A DNA stretch of 64,000 nucleotides from an uncultured Staphylococcaceae bacterium. GTDB lineage: Bacteria; Bacillota_I; Bacilli_A; ML615J-28; CAG-313. Below the pieces are notes generated by a model that was not told the origin of the DNA, made no database searches, and saw nothing but the letters and a program-made list of their open reading frames with translations. The position numbers were made by a program, and so were the translations under genes. The DNA lies in contig CAYPEY010000004.1 of the NCBI GenBank assembly GCA_964409955.1, forward strand, positions 1,569-65,568, given 5' to 3'. Shown here piece by piece: positions 38,314 through 48,263 of the stretch (position 1 is its first letter; every line of letters starts with the position of its first letter).

Positions 38314-39840
38314 TTATTTTTGCCATATTTTTCTATTAAATAGTATTAAAACTGGTAATATTTCAAGACGACCTATTAACATTGTAAATGTCAATATTAA
38401 TGTAGATATATTATTATATAAACTAAAACTACAATAAGGTCCTACAGCATCAAGACCAGGTCCTATGTTTGAAAGACAAGAAATTGTTGATGTGAAAGCA
38501 GTTGTAAACGAATCAGAAGGAAGATTAGGATCAAAAGAAATCAAAATTATTACTATAAAGGCGATTATAAAATATAAACTCAAAAACGCAAATACATCAT
38601 TTATCGTATTTTCTTCTAATGTTTTACCCTCAAAATTTGTTTTAACAACTTGCCGCGGACTGATTAATCTTTTTATTTGTACGCCAACGCCTTTTATCGC
38701 AATCACCAAACGTGATACTTTAATACCACCACCAGTAGATCCAGCCATTGCACCACATAACATTAAAATAATAATTACAGCTTTAGATAAAGAAGGCCAT
38801 AAATCATAATTTGTAGTACTATAACCTGTTGATGTAATAATAGATGCTACCTGAAAATAAGCATGCCTAAAGGTTTCTTCAAAAACTACTGGTGTAAGTT
38901 CACTTATTGAAGACAGTCTATCAACTAGTACATCACCAATTATTATTGTTATTGCAACACCAATAATAATAAAATATGCTTTTAATTCTTCACTTTTGAA
39001 CGCATCTTTAGCTTTTCCAATTAAAATTAAAAAGTATAAACTAAAATTAATACCGAATAAAATTAAGAATGTAGCTACAACATATTGAGTATAGGGACTG
39101 TAATATTCCATACTTCCAGGTATAAATCCAAAGCCTCCTGTACCAGCACTACCAAATGATGTCAATAGATTATGAAACAAATCCATTTTATAAACAGTAC
39201 CATCTGGCCCTACACCATCAGGACTAAATGATAATAAAATAATTTCTAAAACTGTCATTCCAAGATAAATTAAATATAAAATTCTTGTTGTAACCTTCAT
39301 TTTAGACGCAAGTTTACCTACTTGTGGACCAGGACTCTCTGCTTTTAGTAAATGTAGTGATGATCCATCATTACTTTCAGGAATAAAGATTAAAATAAAC
39401 ACTAAAATCCCCATACCACCTATCCAGTGAGTAAAACTACGCCAAAATAAAGAGCTGTGTGAAATTATTGTTATGTCATCAATAATAGATGCTCCAGTAG
39501 TAGTAAAACCTGACATTGTTTCAAATAAAGCATCTATGTAGTTTGGAATATCCCCATTTATTACAAAAGGCATTGCACCAAAAAGAGTCATTATTATCCA
39601 AACAAGAGCACATACCACAAATCCTTCTTTTTGGTATAACCCTTTTCTATCAGTTTTAAATGTTTGGAGAATATTACCTAATAATAGTAACACTATTATT
39701 GGAATAACAAAACCAAGCGGATACCAAATACTTGTTTCATATTCTTTGTAAATTATGCTTACTATAAGTGGGAAAATCATCATAATCCCCTCAAGTATCA
39801 TAATTTTACCAAGAATCTTACTTATTACTTTAAGATCCAT
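38314..39840 (-). CDS. TrkH/KtrB family potassium uptake membrane subunit
   Basis: This polytopic protein has repeated selectivity-filter-like motifs: SGFTTTGAS, SAGTGGFG, ITSTGYS and GSTGGGIK. Confidence 0.85.
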   Translation of the reverse strand: MDLKVISKILGKIMILEGIMMIFPLIVSIIYKEYETSIWYPLGFVIPIIVLLLLGNILQTFKTDRKGLYQKEGFVVCALVWIIMTLFGAMPFVINGDIPNYIDALFETMSGFTTTGASIIDDITIISHSSLFWRSFTHWIGGMGILVFILIFIPESNDGSSLHLLKAESPGPQVGKLASKMKVTTRILYLIYLGMTVLEIILLSFSPDGVGPDGTVYKMDLFHNLLTSFGSAGTGGFGFIPGSMEYYSPYTQYVVATFLILFGINFSLYFLILIGKAKDAFKSEELKAYFIIIGVAITIIIGDVLVDRLSSISELTPVVFEETFRHAYFQVASIITSTGYSTTNYDLWPSLSKAVIIILMLCGAMAGSTGGGIKVSRLVIAIKGVGVQIKRLISPRQVVKTNFEGKTLEENTINDVFAFLSLYFIIAFIVIILISFDPNLPSDSFTTAFTSTISCLSNIGPGLDAVGPYCSFSLYNNISTLILTFTMLIGRLEILPVLILFNRKIWQK

Positions 39841-39847
39841 ACTTCAC

Positions 39848-41203
39848 CTACTCGAAAATATCTTTTAAATCATCAAAGTTTTCATGTTTTGTTACAACAA
39901 TAACACTATCATTTAACATTATACAATCATTACCATTTGGAATTATTACTTGTCCTTCACGAATAATACAAGCTATAAGACAGTTTTCTTTGACATGAAG
40001 ATCACGAAGAGGTTTACCAAAATGTCTTGACTTCTTCTTTGCAAAGAATTCTAATGCTTCTACTTTGTTATTTACAAGTTTATAAAGCGTCATAACATTG
40101 CTTCCACGCTTATTTGTTACAGCCCTAATATAACTAACAATCTTATTTGCAATAATTTCTTTAGGCATAACTACACTAGCTATCCCTAAATCATCAAACA
40201 TATTCGCAAAAGTACTACGTTTTAATTTAGTAATAACCTTTGGAACTTTTTGTTTATTCGCATACATTGAAATAATAATATTTTCTTCATCTATATTTGT
40301 TAAAGAAATACAAGCATCAGTAGTTCTAATACCTTCTTCAATTAATACTTCGTGATCACTTCCATCACAATTTAAAACTGTAACTTTTGGTAAAAGTTCC
40401 GCAAGTTCATTAGCACGTTCTGTATTTGATTCAAGAAGTTTTACTTTATATTTTTTCTTACTAAGTTCATTGGCAAGGTAATATCCAATTTTTCCCCCAC
40501 CAATAATCATAATGTTTTTAAGTGGCGATTTATTTAATTTAACTTCTTGTAAGAAATCAGCAAGGCTTGATGCATCAGCTGTAATATGTAGATGGTCTCC
40601 TGCTTCGATTACAAAGTTACCTGTCGGAATATAAACTTCTGTACCTCTTTGTACAGCACAAACTAAAACTTTAGTTTTAATTTTTTTAGCCATAGAAATT
40701 AAAGTTTCTCCCGCAAGCATACTTTTTTCTTCAACAATGATTTCGATTAAACTTACCTTGCCCTTGGCAAAATGTTCAAGTTTTACAATTGAAGGTAAAT
40801 TAATCATATTCATGATTTCTTCACTTGTTTCTTGCTCCGGATTAACAGTTAAAGTTAGTCCTAATTCTTCTTGCATTAGTTTAGTTTGACGAATATATTC
40901 AGGATTTCTAACGCGCGCAATAGTTGAATCAGCTCCAGCTTTTTTTGCGGCCATACAAGATAAGATATTCATCTCATCACTACTAGTTATCGCAACTACT
41001 AAATTAGTATTCTTTACTCCTGCTTCTTCTAATATTTCAAGACTAGCACCATTACCAACAACACCAACAACGTCAAACTTTTCAATCGCTTCTTCGATTT
41101 TTGCCTTATCAGTATCGATTACTGTAATCGTATGTCCTTCTTTTCTAACGCGTTCAATAATAGTTCTTCCTACTTTCCCGCACCCTACTACTATAATTTT
41201 CAT
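39848..41203 (-). CDS. trkA: Trk system potassium uptake protein TrkA (tandem RCK/NAD-binding domains)
   Basis: There are two Rossmann motifs (MKIIVVGCGKVG and IMIIGGGKIGYYLA). The start is set at the ATG at 41201-41203. Confidence 0.85.
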   Translation of the reverse strand: MKIIVVGCGKVGRTIIERVRKEGHTITVIDTDKAKIEEAIEKFDVVGVVGNGASLEILEEAGVKNTNLVVAITSSDEMNILSCMAAKKAGADSTIARVRNPEYIRQTKLMQEELGLTLTVNPEQETSEEIMNMINLPSIVKLEHFAKGKVSLIEIIVEEKSMLAGETLISMAKKIKTKVLVCAVQRGTEVYIPTGNFVIEAGDHLHITADASSLADFLQEVKLNKSPLKNIMIIGGGKIGYYLANELSKKKYKVKLLESNTERANELAELLPKVTVLNCDGSDHEVLIEEGIRTTDACISLTNIDEENIIISMYANKQKVPKVITKLKRSTFANMFDDLGIASVVMPKEIIANKIVSYIRAVTNKRGSNVMTLYKLVNNKVEALEFFAKKKSRHFGKPLRDLHVKENCLIACIIREGQVIIPNGNDCIMLNDSVIVVTKHENFDDLKDIFE

Positions 41204-41243
41204 AAACACCTCTTACTTAGTCATTTAAAAATTTTAGTTATTT

Positions 41244-41714
41244 TTAAAGAATTTCTCCTTTAGAATTTACTGTTTTAACAAAAGTAAAACCTTCTTCAAG
41301 TGTTGGTTTAATAATACGTTCATGATAACTATCAAGCACTTCAAGAGGAATAAAAATTCCTGTGTCTTGATTGTTTCTTATTTCTACACGTTTTTTACAA
41401 GTCTCAAGTGGTACATCAAAAAAGTAACACCCTACTTCAAATTCAGCATTTAATTCTTTAACATTATCAATCAATCTTTTTCTAACCTTTGGAGTAATAC
41501 TTGTCGCATCAAAAATTACATCTTTGTTGCTTTTAAGTTCATCAGCACACATTTTATATACTGTTGGCCAAACTAAGGTTTCATCAATACCAGAATTTTC
41601 AGCCCTTATAAGATCAGTTGATACAACTTTAATATTTAATTCATTAGATAATTTTTTTGAAAAAGTTGATTTTCCACTTCCTTGAATACCAACCATTATA
41701 TGTAAAGTGCTCAT
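41244..41714 (-). CDS. Small P-loop kinase-like protein (AAA_33 type)
   Basis: Walker A (HIMVGIQGSGKSTF) sits at the N-terminus of a 156-aa protein. The layout resembles polynucleotide or gluconate kinase. Confidence 0.55.
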   Translation of the reverse strand: MSTLHIMVGIQGSGKSTFSKKLSNELNIKVVSTDLIRAENSGIDETLVWPTVYKMCADELKSNKDVIFDATSITPKVRKRLIDNVKELNAEFEVGCYFFDVPLETCKKRVEIRNNQDTGIFIPLEVLDSYHERIIKPTLEEGFTFVKTVNSKGEIL

Positions 41715-41748
41715 AAATTACTCCTTTTTAATATTGCATTTTTTCCTA

Positions 41749-43305
41749 TTAACTAATCAATAATTCTTCTATACTATATACTTTTGTTGCTAAACGATCA
41801 ACAAAATCTTTTTCATGACTAACGAAAATTACTGTTCCGCCATATTTCTTCAAAGCAGTTAGTAAATCTTCTTTAGCTATTTTATCTAAATGATTTGTCG
41901 GTTCATCTAATATTAATACATTTGCTTTTTGTAACATTACTTTACAAAGTTTAAGTTTTGATTGTTCACCACCAGATAAATTCTTTATCGGTGATACCGC
42001 AAGTTCTTTAGTTAAACCACATTTTGCAAGTAAACTTCTAATTTCACCATTTGATTTATTTGGATAAATATTTTGAATTTCATCTAGTGGTGTTAAATTA
42101 GGATTATCAAAATGATGTTCTTGCTCAAAATATGCAATTTTAGCGTTATCTACAAATTTAAAACTACCATCAATTACTTTTAACTCCCCTATCAAAGTCT
42201 TTAAAAGCGTTGATTTACCTATACCATTGAAACCTGTTATCGCAAGACGAGTTCCACTTCTTATTTCAAAACTTATTGGTGGAAGCAAGCTTGATGTATA
42301 ACCAATTTCAAGTTTATCTACTATTAAAAATCTATCTGATGCAATGGGCGCATAATTAAAATAAAGATTAAGATGAATGTCTGATGCTTTTGGTTTATCC
42401 ATTACTTCAATTCTCTCTAACATCTTTTCTCTACTTTTTGCTTGACGTGCAGTAGATGTTTTAACTTTATTCTTAGCGATATAGTCTTTTAATTGTTTTA
42501 TTTCTTTAACTTGCGCATTATAACGTTTTTCATAATCTTGGTCTGCCATCATTTTTTTAAGTAAATACTCTTGATAGTTTCCTTTATATTTAGTAATTTT
42601 AGAATTTTCTATTTCTAAAACTACATTTACAACATCATTTAAAAATTCTTGATTATGAGAAACGATTAAAAAGTTACCTTTATATTCTTTCAAATATTTA
42701 ACTAACCAATCAACATGAGATGAATCTAAAAAGTTAGTCGGTTCATCAAGAATTAATAAGTCTGGTTCTTCAAGCAAAAGTTTTGCAAGAATTACTTTTA
42801 TCTTTTGGCCACCTGAAAGTTTAGATAACTTGGTATTTAATCCATAATTAGTGATTCCAAGACCTGTTACAATACGACCTATTTTAGAATCTATTGCGTA
42901 AAAGTCACTTGCTTCTAGTTCTTCTCTAATTTGAGTAGTAAGCCTAACTAATCTATCAATTAATACAGCATCGGTTGTATTAGATAATTCATCTAAGTAT
43001 TTATTCATTTCAGCATCTTTATCATATAACTTGATAAAGGCTTTTTTTAAATAATTATCAATTGAGATATCTTGATTAATACTCATATATTGATCAAGAT
43101 AACCAACTTTGATATTTTTATCAAAAGTAATATTTCCAGAATCTGGAATAACTGATGAACATAAGATTTTAATTAAAGTTGTTTTACCAACTCCATTATT
43201 GCCAACAATTCCAATTTTCTCGTTAGGTAATACTCTAAAAGAAGCATTTCTAAATAGCTCTTTTTTATCATATGTTAGCGATAAGTTTTCCACTGTCAAA
43301 AGCAT
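41749..43305 (-). CDS. ABC-F family ATPase (second copy)
   Basis: Walker A motifs are GNNGVGKTT and GFNGIGKST. Signatures are LSGGQKIK and LSGGEQSK. There is no TM domain. Confidence 0.85.
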   Translation of the reverse strand: MLLTVENLSLTYDKKELFRNASFRVLPNEKIGIVGNNGVGKTTLIKILCSSVIPDSGNITFDKNIKVGYLDQYMSINQDISIDNYLKKAFIKLYDKDAEMNKYLDELSNTTDAVLIDRLVRLTTQIREELEASDFYAIDSKIGRIVTGLGITNYGLNTKLSKLSGGQKIKVILAKLLLEEPDLLILDEPTNFLDSSHVDWLVKYLKEYKGNFLIVSHNQEFLNDVVNVVLEIENSKITKYKGNYQEYLLKKMMADQDYEKRYNAQVKEIKQLKDYIAKNKVKTSTARQAKSREKMLERIEVMDKPKASDIHLNLYFNYAPIASDRFLIVDKLEIGYTSSLLPPISFEIRSGTRLAITGFNGIGKSTLLKTLIGELKVIDGSFKFVDNAKIAYFEQEHHFDNPNLTPLDEIQNIYPNKSNGEIRSLLAKCGLTKELAVSPIKNLSGGEQSKLKLCKVMLQKANVLILDEPTNHLDKIAKEDLLTALKKYGGTVIFVSHEKDFVDRLATKVYSIEELLIS

Positions 43306-43306
43306 A

Positions 43307-43795
43307 TTATGCCTCCTTCTTATTTATTCTTAAGTTCTCCTTTTTTGCAAACTCTGCTGCTTTGTATAAATCACTTAAATATAGTAATTTATCTGTAAAA
43401 ATATAATTTACATTTGCATATCCTTTTTCAACAAGCATTACATTTAATAACTTATAATCAACCCACACCCAGGCAAGTAATCTTTTGGGATATGAATCAT
43501 CATATAACGAATCAAATGGATCAGTTTGAAGATAAATGTTTTTAGCATATTTTAAACAATTGTCTGTAAAGGTTCTTGCTTCGACGGAATATAATTCTTT
43601 TTCTTCAGTATAGTACTCTGGAGTATCAACGCCAAAGAAACGAACTCTTACTGCCGCACCATCAATTAAAAAACATGCAGTGTCACCATCAAGGGTATAA
43701 ATATACTCTACTTTTTTAAATCCACCACCTGCTGTATCATCATCTGTAATAAAATCTTGATTATTAAAGGCAAGATAAGGTCCATTATATTTCAT
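43307..43795 (-). CDS. Thermonuclease (staphylococcal nuclease, SNase) family protein without a signal peptide
   Basis: LDGDTACF...VRVRFFGVDTPE...PKRLLAWVW preserves the SNase Ca-binding and catalytic residues (D, R, D-T-P-E, R). The 25-aa N-terminal extension MKYNGPYLAFNNQDFITDDDTAGGG has no hydrophobic core. Confidence 0.8.
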   Translation of the reverse strand: MKYNGPYLAFNNQDFITDDDTAGGGFKKVEYIYTLDGDTACFLIDGAAVRVRFFGVDTPEYYTEEKELYSVEARTFTDNCLKYAKNIYLQTDPFDSLYDDSYPKRLLAWVWVDYKLLNVMLVEKGYANVNYIFTDKLLYLSDLYKAAEFAKKENLRINKKEA

Positions 43796-43799
43796 ATTA

Positions 43800-44228
43800 T
43801 TAAATATTTCCTTTAAATATTTTCTTTACAATATGTTTAATTCTTCTAAATAAGCGTGTTCTAACACGTCTTTTAGCATATTTTAAATGGGCAGCATTTC
43901 GTGATTCAAAATAATTTTCACCCTTGTAATATCCTTCCATTACCCCTATAACCCAACCGTCTTTAACATATTTTTCAAGACCTACTTGATTATCGCCACA
44001 AAGTACATATCCTTTTTTAGTAATTTTTACAATTCGGTGAAGTACATATTTCCCGTTTGGTCTTCTATATAAAATAACATCATACTTCTTTAATGGGACA
44101 GTTACAGGAACAATCTTTACAGTATCTTTACCTTCTTCGATTAATGGTAACATTGAGTTTCCTGTTGGAGTAACTATACAAAAGCCAATTTCATCAATCT
44201 TTTGTTTGTAAGGGCAACTACTCAACAA
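43800..44228 (-). CDS. S24/S26 family serine peptidase-like protein (soluble)
   Basis: GNSMLP carries the nucleophile Ser, HRIVKI a candidate general-base Lys, and a CGDN motif is present. The TTG start lies 6 nt after a GGAGG and overlaps the PqqD-like gene by 11 nt. The C-terminus is a basic amphipathic tail. Confidence 0.7.
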   Translation of the reverse strand: MLSSCPYKQKIDEIGFCIVTPTGNSMLPLIEEGKDTVKIVPVTVPLKKYDVILYRRPNGKYVLHRIVKITKKGYVLCGDNQVGLEKYVKDGWVIGVMEGYYKGENYFESRNAAHLKYAKRRVRTRLFRRIKHIVKKIFKGNI

Positions 44229-44481
44229 GTTTAGCCTCCACTACTTTCTTGATGAATTTTTCAACATCAATTTCTGCTTGTTGTTTGTCTACTTCATATT
44301 CACCAAGTAAAGCTTCAACTAAAGTTGCTTTTGTTGCTTCATTTTCAAGACATTTCCAAAGAAATGCTCCACTTTCATTAAGAGTAATAAGCCCATTAAA
44401 CTCCTTTGTTGCTTTTCCTGTTGCGACAACTACAAAATTTCCTGCAACTTCTCTTAATATAAAGCCTTTTTTTACTTTCAT
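44218..44481 (-). CDS. PqqD family protein (RiPP recognition element-like)
   Basis: The 87-aa protein reads FILREVAGNFVVVATG...LITLNESGAFLWKCLENEATKATLVEALLGEYEVDKQQAEIDVEKFIKKV. This matches the PqqD/RRE winged-helix pattern. Confidence 0.75.
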   Translation of the reverse strand: MKVKKGFILREVAGNFVVVATGKATKEFNGLITLNESGAFLWKCLENEATKATLVEALLGEYEVDKQQAEIDVEKFIKKVVEAKLVE

Positions 44482-44490
44482 ACGTTTCTC

Positions 44491-46128
44491 CTATTCTTTA
44501 CAGATTATTGTTGAATCAACAAAGTCTAATTCTTTATTACAAATTTCCTTTGATGCGTCTTTATGCGTAACAATAATACATGTTAAATCTTTCATTTTCT
44601 TTAAATTTTCTAATAATTTAATTTCAGTATTTAAATCAAGGGCACTTGTTGCTTCATCTAATAATAAAATTGGTTTATTATTAAGTAATGCTCTAGCTAT
44701 TGCAAGACGTTGGATTTGACCTTCAGAGAGTCCTAGTCCCCTTTCTCCAATAACAGTATCAATTCCATCATCTAATTTTTCAATAAAATCAAGGGCACAA
44801 CTATTAACTAAAGCATTATGAATATCATCATATGAAACATCAGTTTTGAAGAAAGTTAAGTTTTCTTTAATTGTACCACTGAATACGAAATTACCTTGTG
44901 GAACATAAGAGAAAAGTCCTCTTGTTCCTTTTGATATTTTTATTTCATTATCATCTTGCTTAATAATTAAACTACCTTCTTTTGCTTCATATAAACCTAG
45001 TAATAGTTTTAAAAGTGTTGATTTGCCGATACCTGATGATCCTTTAATCAAAACAAAATCACCTTTATTAAGAGTAAATGAACTAGAATTAATTACTTCA
45101 AAATCATCATATTTAAAACTTAAATCTTCCGCAATTATCTTATCAAATTCATAAGATGAAAGTCTTTCTATTACTTCATCTTCTTTTAAATTGATAATTT
45201 CTATGATTCTATCAGCTGATGCTATCATTGAGTAATACTTACTAAATGTTCCAGAAAGTGAGACAAGTGGAGATCTAATTTGTGCAACAAGTTGAATTAA
45301 AGCAAGAATTGTTCCATAAGTAATTAAGCCTTCATCATATAATAAACACCATACAGCATAAACAATTGTTAAAGCATAAGCTAGTCTAAATACTAAGTTA
45401 AGACAAGCGTTAATACTAGTAGAGAATCTTAATTTCTTTATTTGAATATTTTCAGAATCTGTTTGTTTATTATAAGCTTTTTTAAATGTTGCTTTTTCAC
45501 CTTTAAATGATTTAATAATTAACATTGATTCAATCGATTCTTGATAATAAGCTCTAACATTACCTTCTGCTTCTTGAACATTTTTATGTAGAGCTTTTAA
45601 TTTTTTTCTAAATACAAACGACAAAGCAAATCCAAGAATTCCAACAAAAATAAAGAATAAACCAAGAATTGGTAATATATAAGTAATTACCACCATTCCA
45701 AGTACAAGTTTTGTAACCATTAATACTACTTGAGGAAGTAGTGTCGCAAGCGTTGATGACACAACTGATACATCACTTGTTAAATAATTCATTATTTTTC
45801 CACTATGAACTTTAGAAATTGTTTCATAGTCTTTATTAAAAATATTTTCATATAAATCAAGTCGAATCATTTTTTCAATTTTAATTGTATTTTTAGATTG
45901 AAAAAAAGTATTTATAGCGTTTAATAATATAATTGATGTAATAACAGAAATTAAAACAATCATATTAACAGTAAAATTATCTTTAGTTGAATCTACCATG
46001 TTTTGTGATGCAAAGGCCAAATAAATACTTACCACCGCAAGCACTAAACTAGTAAGAATAGAAATAATAAAATTTAGTAAATTTTTATTTAATACTTTAA
46101 ATAAATAATTCATTTTATTAACTTTCAT
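44491..46128 (-). CDS. ABC transporter, fused permease/ATP-binding exporter (no C39 peptidase domain)
   Basis: The N-terminal half has six TM helices. Walker A is GSSGIGKST, the signature is LSEGQIQR and Walker B is ILLLDEAT. Confidence 0.85.
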   Translation of the reverse strand: MKVNKMNYLFKVLNKNLLNFIISILTSLVLAVVSIYLAFASQNMVDSTKDNFTVNMIVLISVITSIILLNAINTFFQSKNTIKIEKMIRLDLYENIFNKDYETISKVHSGKIMNYLTSDVSVVSSTLATLLPQVVLMVTKLVLGMVVITYILPILGLFFIFVGILGFALSFVFRKKLKALHKNVQEAEGNVRAYYQESIESMLIIKSFKGEKATFKKAYNKQTDSENIQIKKLRFSTSINACLNLVFRLAYALTIVYAVWCLLYDEGLITYGTILALIQLVAQIRSPLVSLSGTFSKYYSMIASADRIIEIINLKEDEVIERLSSYEFDKIIAEDLSFKYDDFEVINSSSFTLNKGDFVLIKGSSGIGKSTLLKLLLGLYEAKEGSLIIKQDDNEIKISKGTRGLFSYVPQGNFVFSGTIKENLTFFKTDVSYDDIHNALVNSCALDFIEKLDDGIDTVIGERGLGLSEGQIQRLAIARALLNNKPILLLDEATSALDLNTEIKLLENLKKMKDLTCIIVTHKDASKEICNKELDFVDSTIICKE

Positions 46129-46136
46129 AAGTTTAC

Positions 46137-46916
46137 CTATATTTCAACTTGTTTTACCTCATCAAAACTAAAGTTGAATCTTTCTATTTGTTTTTTGGCA
46201 TTATCTATATTACCTGTTGTAAGAAATATCACACGACGCGAGTCTTTATTACTTAATTTATTATTATTTGTTAAATATACTTTTAGTACATCTGTTGTTG
46301 GCTTACCACTTGATACTAAGTTTTCTATATTTGATTCTTTTTTAATAAGTTTTTCTATAAAAGGAAAATGGGTACAACCAAGAATTAAAGTATCCACACC
46401 TTCTACTTTTTTTAAATGATTTAGAACTGCCGTTTTCATTTCCACACTTTCAATTTCACCATTTTCGATTAACGGTACAAAATCACTACATCCCTCACTT
46501 AAAACAGTTGCATCTTTTAAATACTCATTATAAATATTCGATGAAACTGTTAGGTTAGTAGCAAATACTCCTATAACTTTATTTTTAGAAGTATTATAAG
46601 CAAATTTTGCGGTTGGCTCTATTACACCAGTAATAAAACCATTACTATTATTTATTTCATCTATAACTGTAGAGGTAGCAGTATTACAAGCAATAACAAT
46701 TGCTTTGGCACCAAGATTTTTTAAATATTCGATATTTTTCAAAGTAATCTCTTTAACTTGTTCTTTACTTTTGATTCCATATGGGCAATTAAGTGTGTCC
46801 GCAAGATATACAATATCTTCATTTTTAAAGTCTTCTTGTATCGACTTTAATACCGATAAACCACCTATACCTGAATCAAATAAAGCAATAAAATCTCTCA
46901 TTTTAATCACATCCAT
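46137..46916 (-). CDS. murI: Glutamate racemase
   Basis: FDSGIGGLSV, the catalytic motifs ACNTAT and GCTHFP are present. An alternative start exists at 46901. Confidence 0.9.
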   Translation of the reverse strand: MDVIKMRDFIALFDSGIGGLSVLKSIQEDFKNEDIVYLADTLNCPYGIKSKEQVKEITLKNIEYLKNLGAKAIVIACNTATSTVIDEINNSNGFITGVIEPTAKFAYNTSKNKVIGVFATNLTVSSNIYNEYLKDATVLSEGCSDFVPLIENGEIESVEMKTAVLNHLKKVEGVDTLILGCTHFPFIEKLIKKESNIENLVSSGKPTTDVLKVYLTNNNKLSNKDSRRVIFLTTGNIDNAKKQIERFNFSFDEVKQVEI

Positions 46917-46949
46917 TTATCTATTATATCATATATTTATTTTTTTTGC

Positions 46950-46985
46950 ATAGAAAAAAAGAAAAATAGGTGATTATTCACCTAT
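46950..46985 (-). terminator. Intrinsic terminator after htrA
   Basis: On the minus strand the sequence is ATAGGTGA-ataa-TCACCTAT followed by TTTTCTTTTTTT. It overlaps the TAG stop. Confidence 0.75.
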
Positions 46986-48187
46986 TTTAAAGTTACTGTT
47001 GTTGTTTTTATTGTATTAGTAGAACGACAATAATATGTAATTTCTACTTTTGAACCAATGAAATAATCATTTAAAGAATTTAAATATCCAGATAAAATGT
47101 TCATTCGTGTAAGTTTGACACTTCCAAATTGAAGAATTATATCATCAGCTTTGATACCTGATCCATCAACTGAGCCACCTTTTGTAACTTCTACAACGTA
47201 TAAACCATAAGGAGTTTCATCTCCATAGATATCCGGAATTTCTTTCATTCCATTTGATGCAATAATTGCTGGAGTTAATTCTCTTACTTCTGATCCTGTA
47301 ATACCAAGACGAGGTCTTACTACAGGTTCACCCTTTTCCAGGAAGTTTTCAAGAATATTTTTAGCAATATTAGATGGAACTGCAAATCCCATGTTTTCAT
47401 AGTTATCTTTTACCATTTTTAATGTATTAATTCCAACCAATTTTCCATCAATTGTGAAAAGTCCACCACCACTATTACCTGGGTTGATTGCTGCATCATG
47501 TTGAATATACGCACCATTAAAATCATTTACACCATCACTATCTGTATCTTCACTAATATAACGAAGAGTACCACTAATAACACCAAGTGTTACTGAACCA
47601 TAGTAATCAAATCCATCAGGATTACCAATAGCAAACACATATTCACCTTTTCTAATATCATCACTATCAGCAAATTCTACAGTTTTAATCTTTTTAGCAT
47701 AATTAAATTTGATTAAAGCTATATCAGCTTTATCATCATATCCCATGATTTCCGCTTCTATTTCTAAATCAATATTTCCTAGATAAATATATGCAGTGTA
47801 TGTATATTTTTCAGGATAACTTCCATTAATTACGTGACTATTTGTCACTACATAATATGTATAATCTACTACTTCATCTTCACTATCTAAATTTTCAAAT
47901 CTTTTATAGATAACGCCACTTCCATAGCTTTCAACATCAGTTGATTCTACTAAAGTTCCGTTAATCATAGTTTTATGAGTGTATTTTAAACTTACACCAA
48001 TTACAGAATCTTCTATTACTTCTACGATATCAGCAAGTTCGTTTGCATCAGATACAATTTTATCTGTTTCTCCGTTATTTTCAGAATTATTTGTTGTTCC
48101 CCCACCCGTAGTAATATTAATACCTGTACATCCAGCTAGAGTAAACACTAATAATATTGTTATTAATAATCTATATATTTTTTTCAT
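46982..48187 (-). CDS. htrA: HtrA/DegP-type trypsin-like serine protease with PDZ domain (lipoprotein signal)
   Basis: The lipobox is LVFTLAGCTG. The catalytic elements are TNSHVI (His), DIALIK (Asp) and GNSGGGLF (Ser). The C-terminal region is PDZ-like. Confidence 0.85.
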   Translation of the reverse strand: MKKIYRLLITILLVFTLAGCTGINITTGGGTTNNSENNGETDKIVSDANELADIVEVIEDSVIGVSLKYTHKTMINGTLVESTDVESYGSGVIYKRFENLDSEDEVVDYTYYVVTNSHVINGSYPEKYTYTAYIYLGNIDLEIEAEIMGYDDKADIALIKFNYAKKIKTVEFADSDDIRKGEYVFAIGNPDGFDYYGSVTLGVISGTLRYISEDTDSDGVNDFNGAYIQHDAAINPGNSGGGLFTIDGKLVGINTLKMVKDNYENMGFAVPSNIAKNILENFLEKGEPVVRPRLGITGSEVRELTPAIIASNGMKEIPDIYGDETPYGLYVVEVTKGGSVDGSGIKADDIILQFGSVKLTRMNILSGYLNSLNDYFIGSKVEITYYCRSTNTIKTTTVTLK

Positions 48188-48212
48188 TTTGTAATCCTTT
48201 CTTATAAAAATT

Positions 48213-48263
48213 AAAAAAATGGCACATAATACAAAGGAAGAATAATTAAAAAATTATGTGCCA
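48213..48263 (-). terminator. Putative terminator after the two-component operon
   Basis: An 11-bp stem tggcacataat/attatgtgcca has a 22-nt loop, followed on the minus strand by TTTTTTT. Confidence 0.55.

Noticed and set aside
36746-43305. ABC-F proteins as antibiotic-resistance (ARE) factors
   Set aside because: The inter-NBD linkers are short (about 75-80 aa by eye), more like housekeeping ABC-F proteins than Vga/Lsa/Msr-type ARE proteins. No resistance context is present. This cannot be decided without phylogeny.
44249-44719. 156-aa plus-strand ORF spanning the PqqD-like gene and the end of the ABC exporter
   Set aside because: It is antisense to two well-supported, translationally coupled genes. 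It has no SD and a Ser/Phe-rich low-complexity translation.
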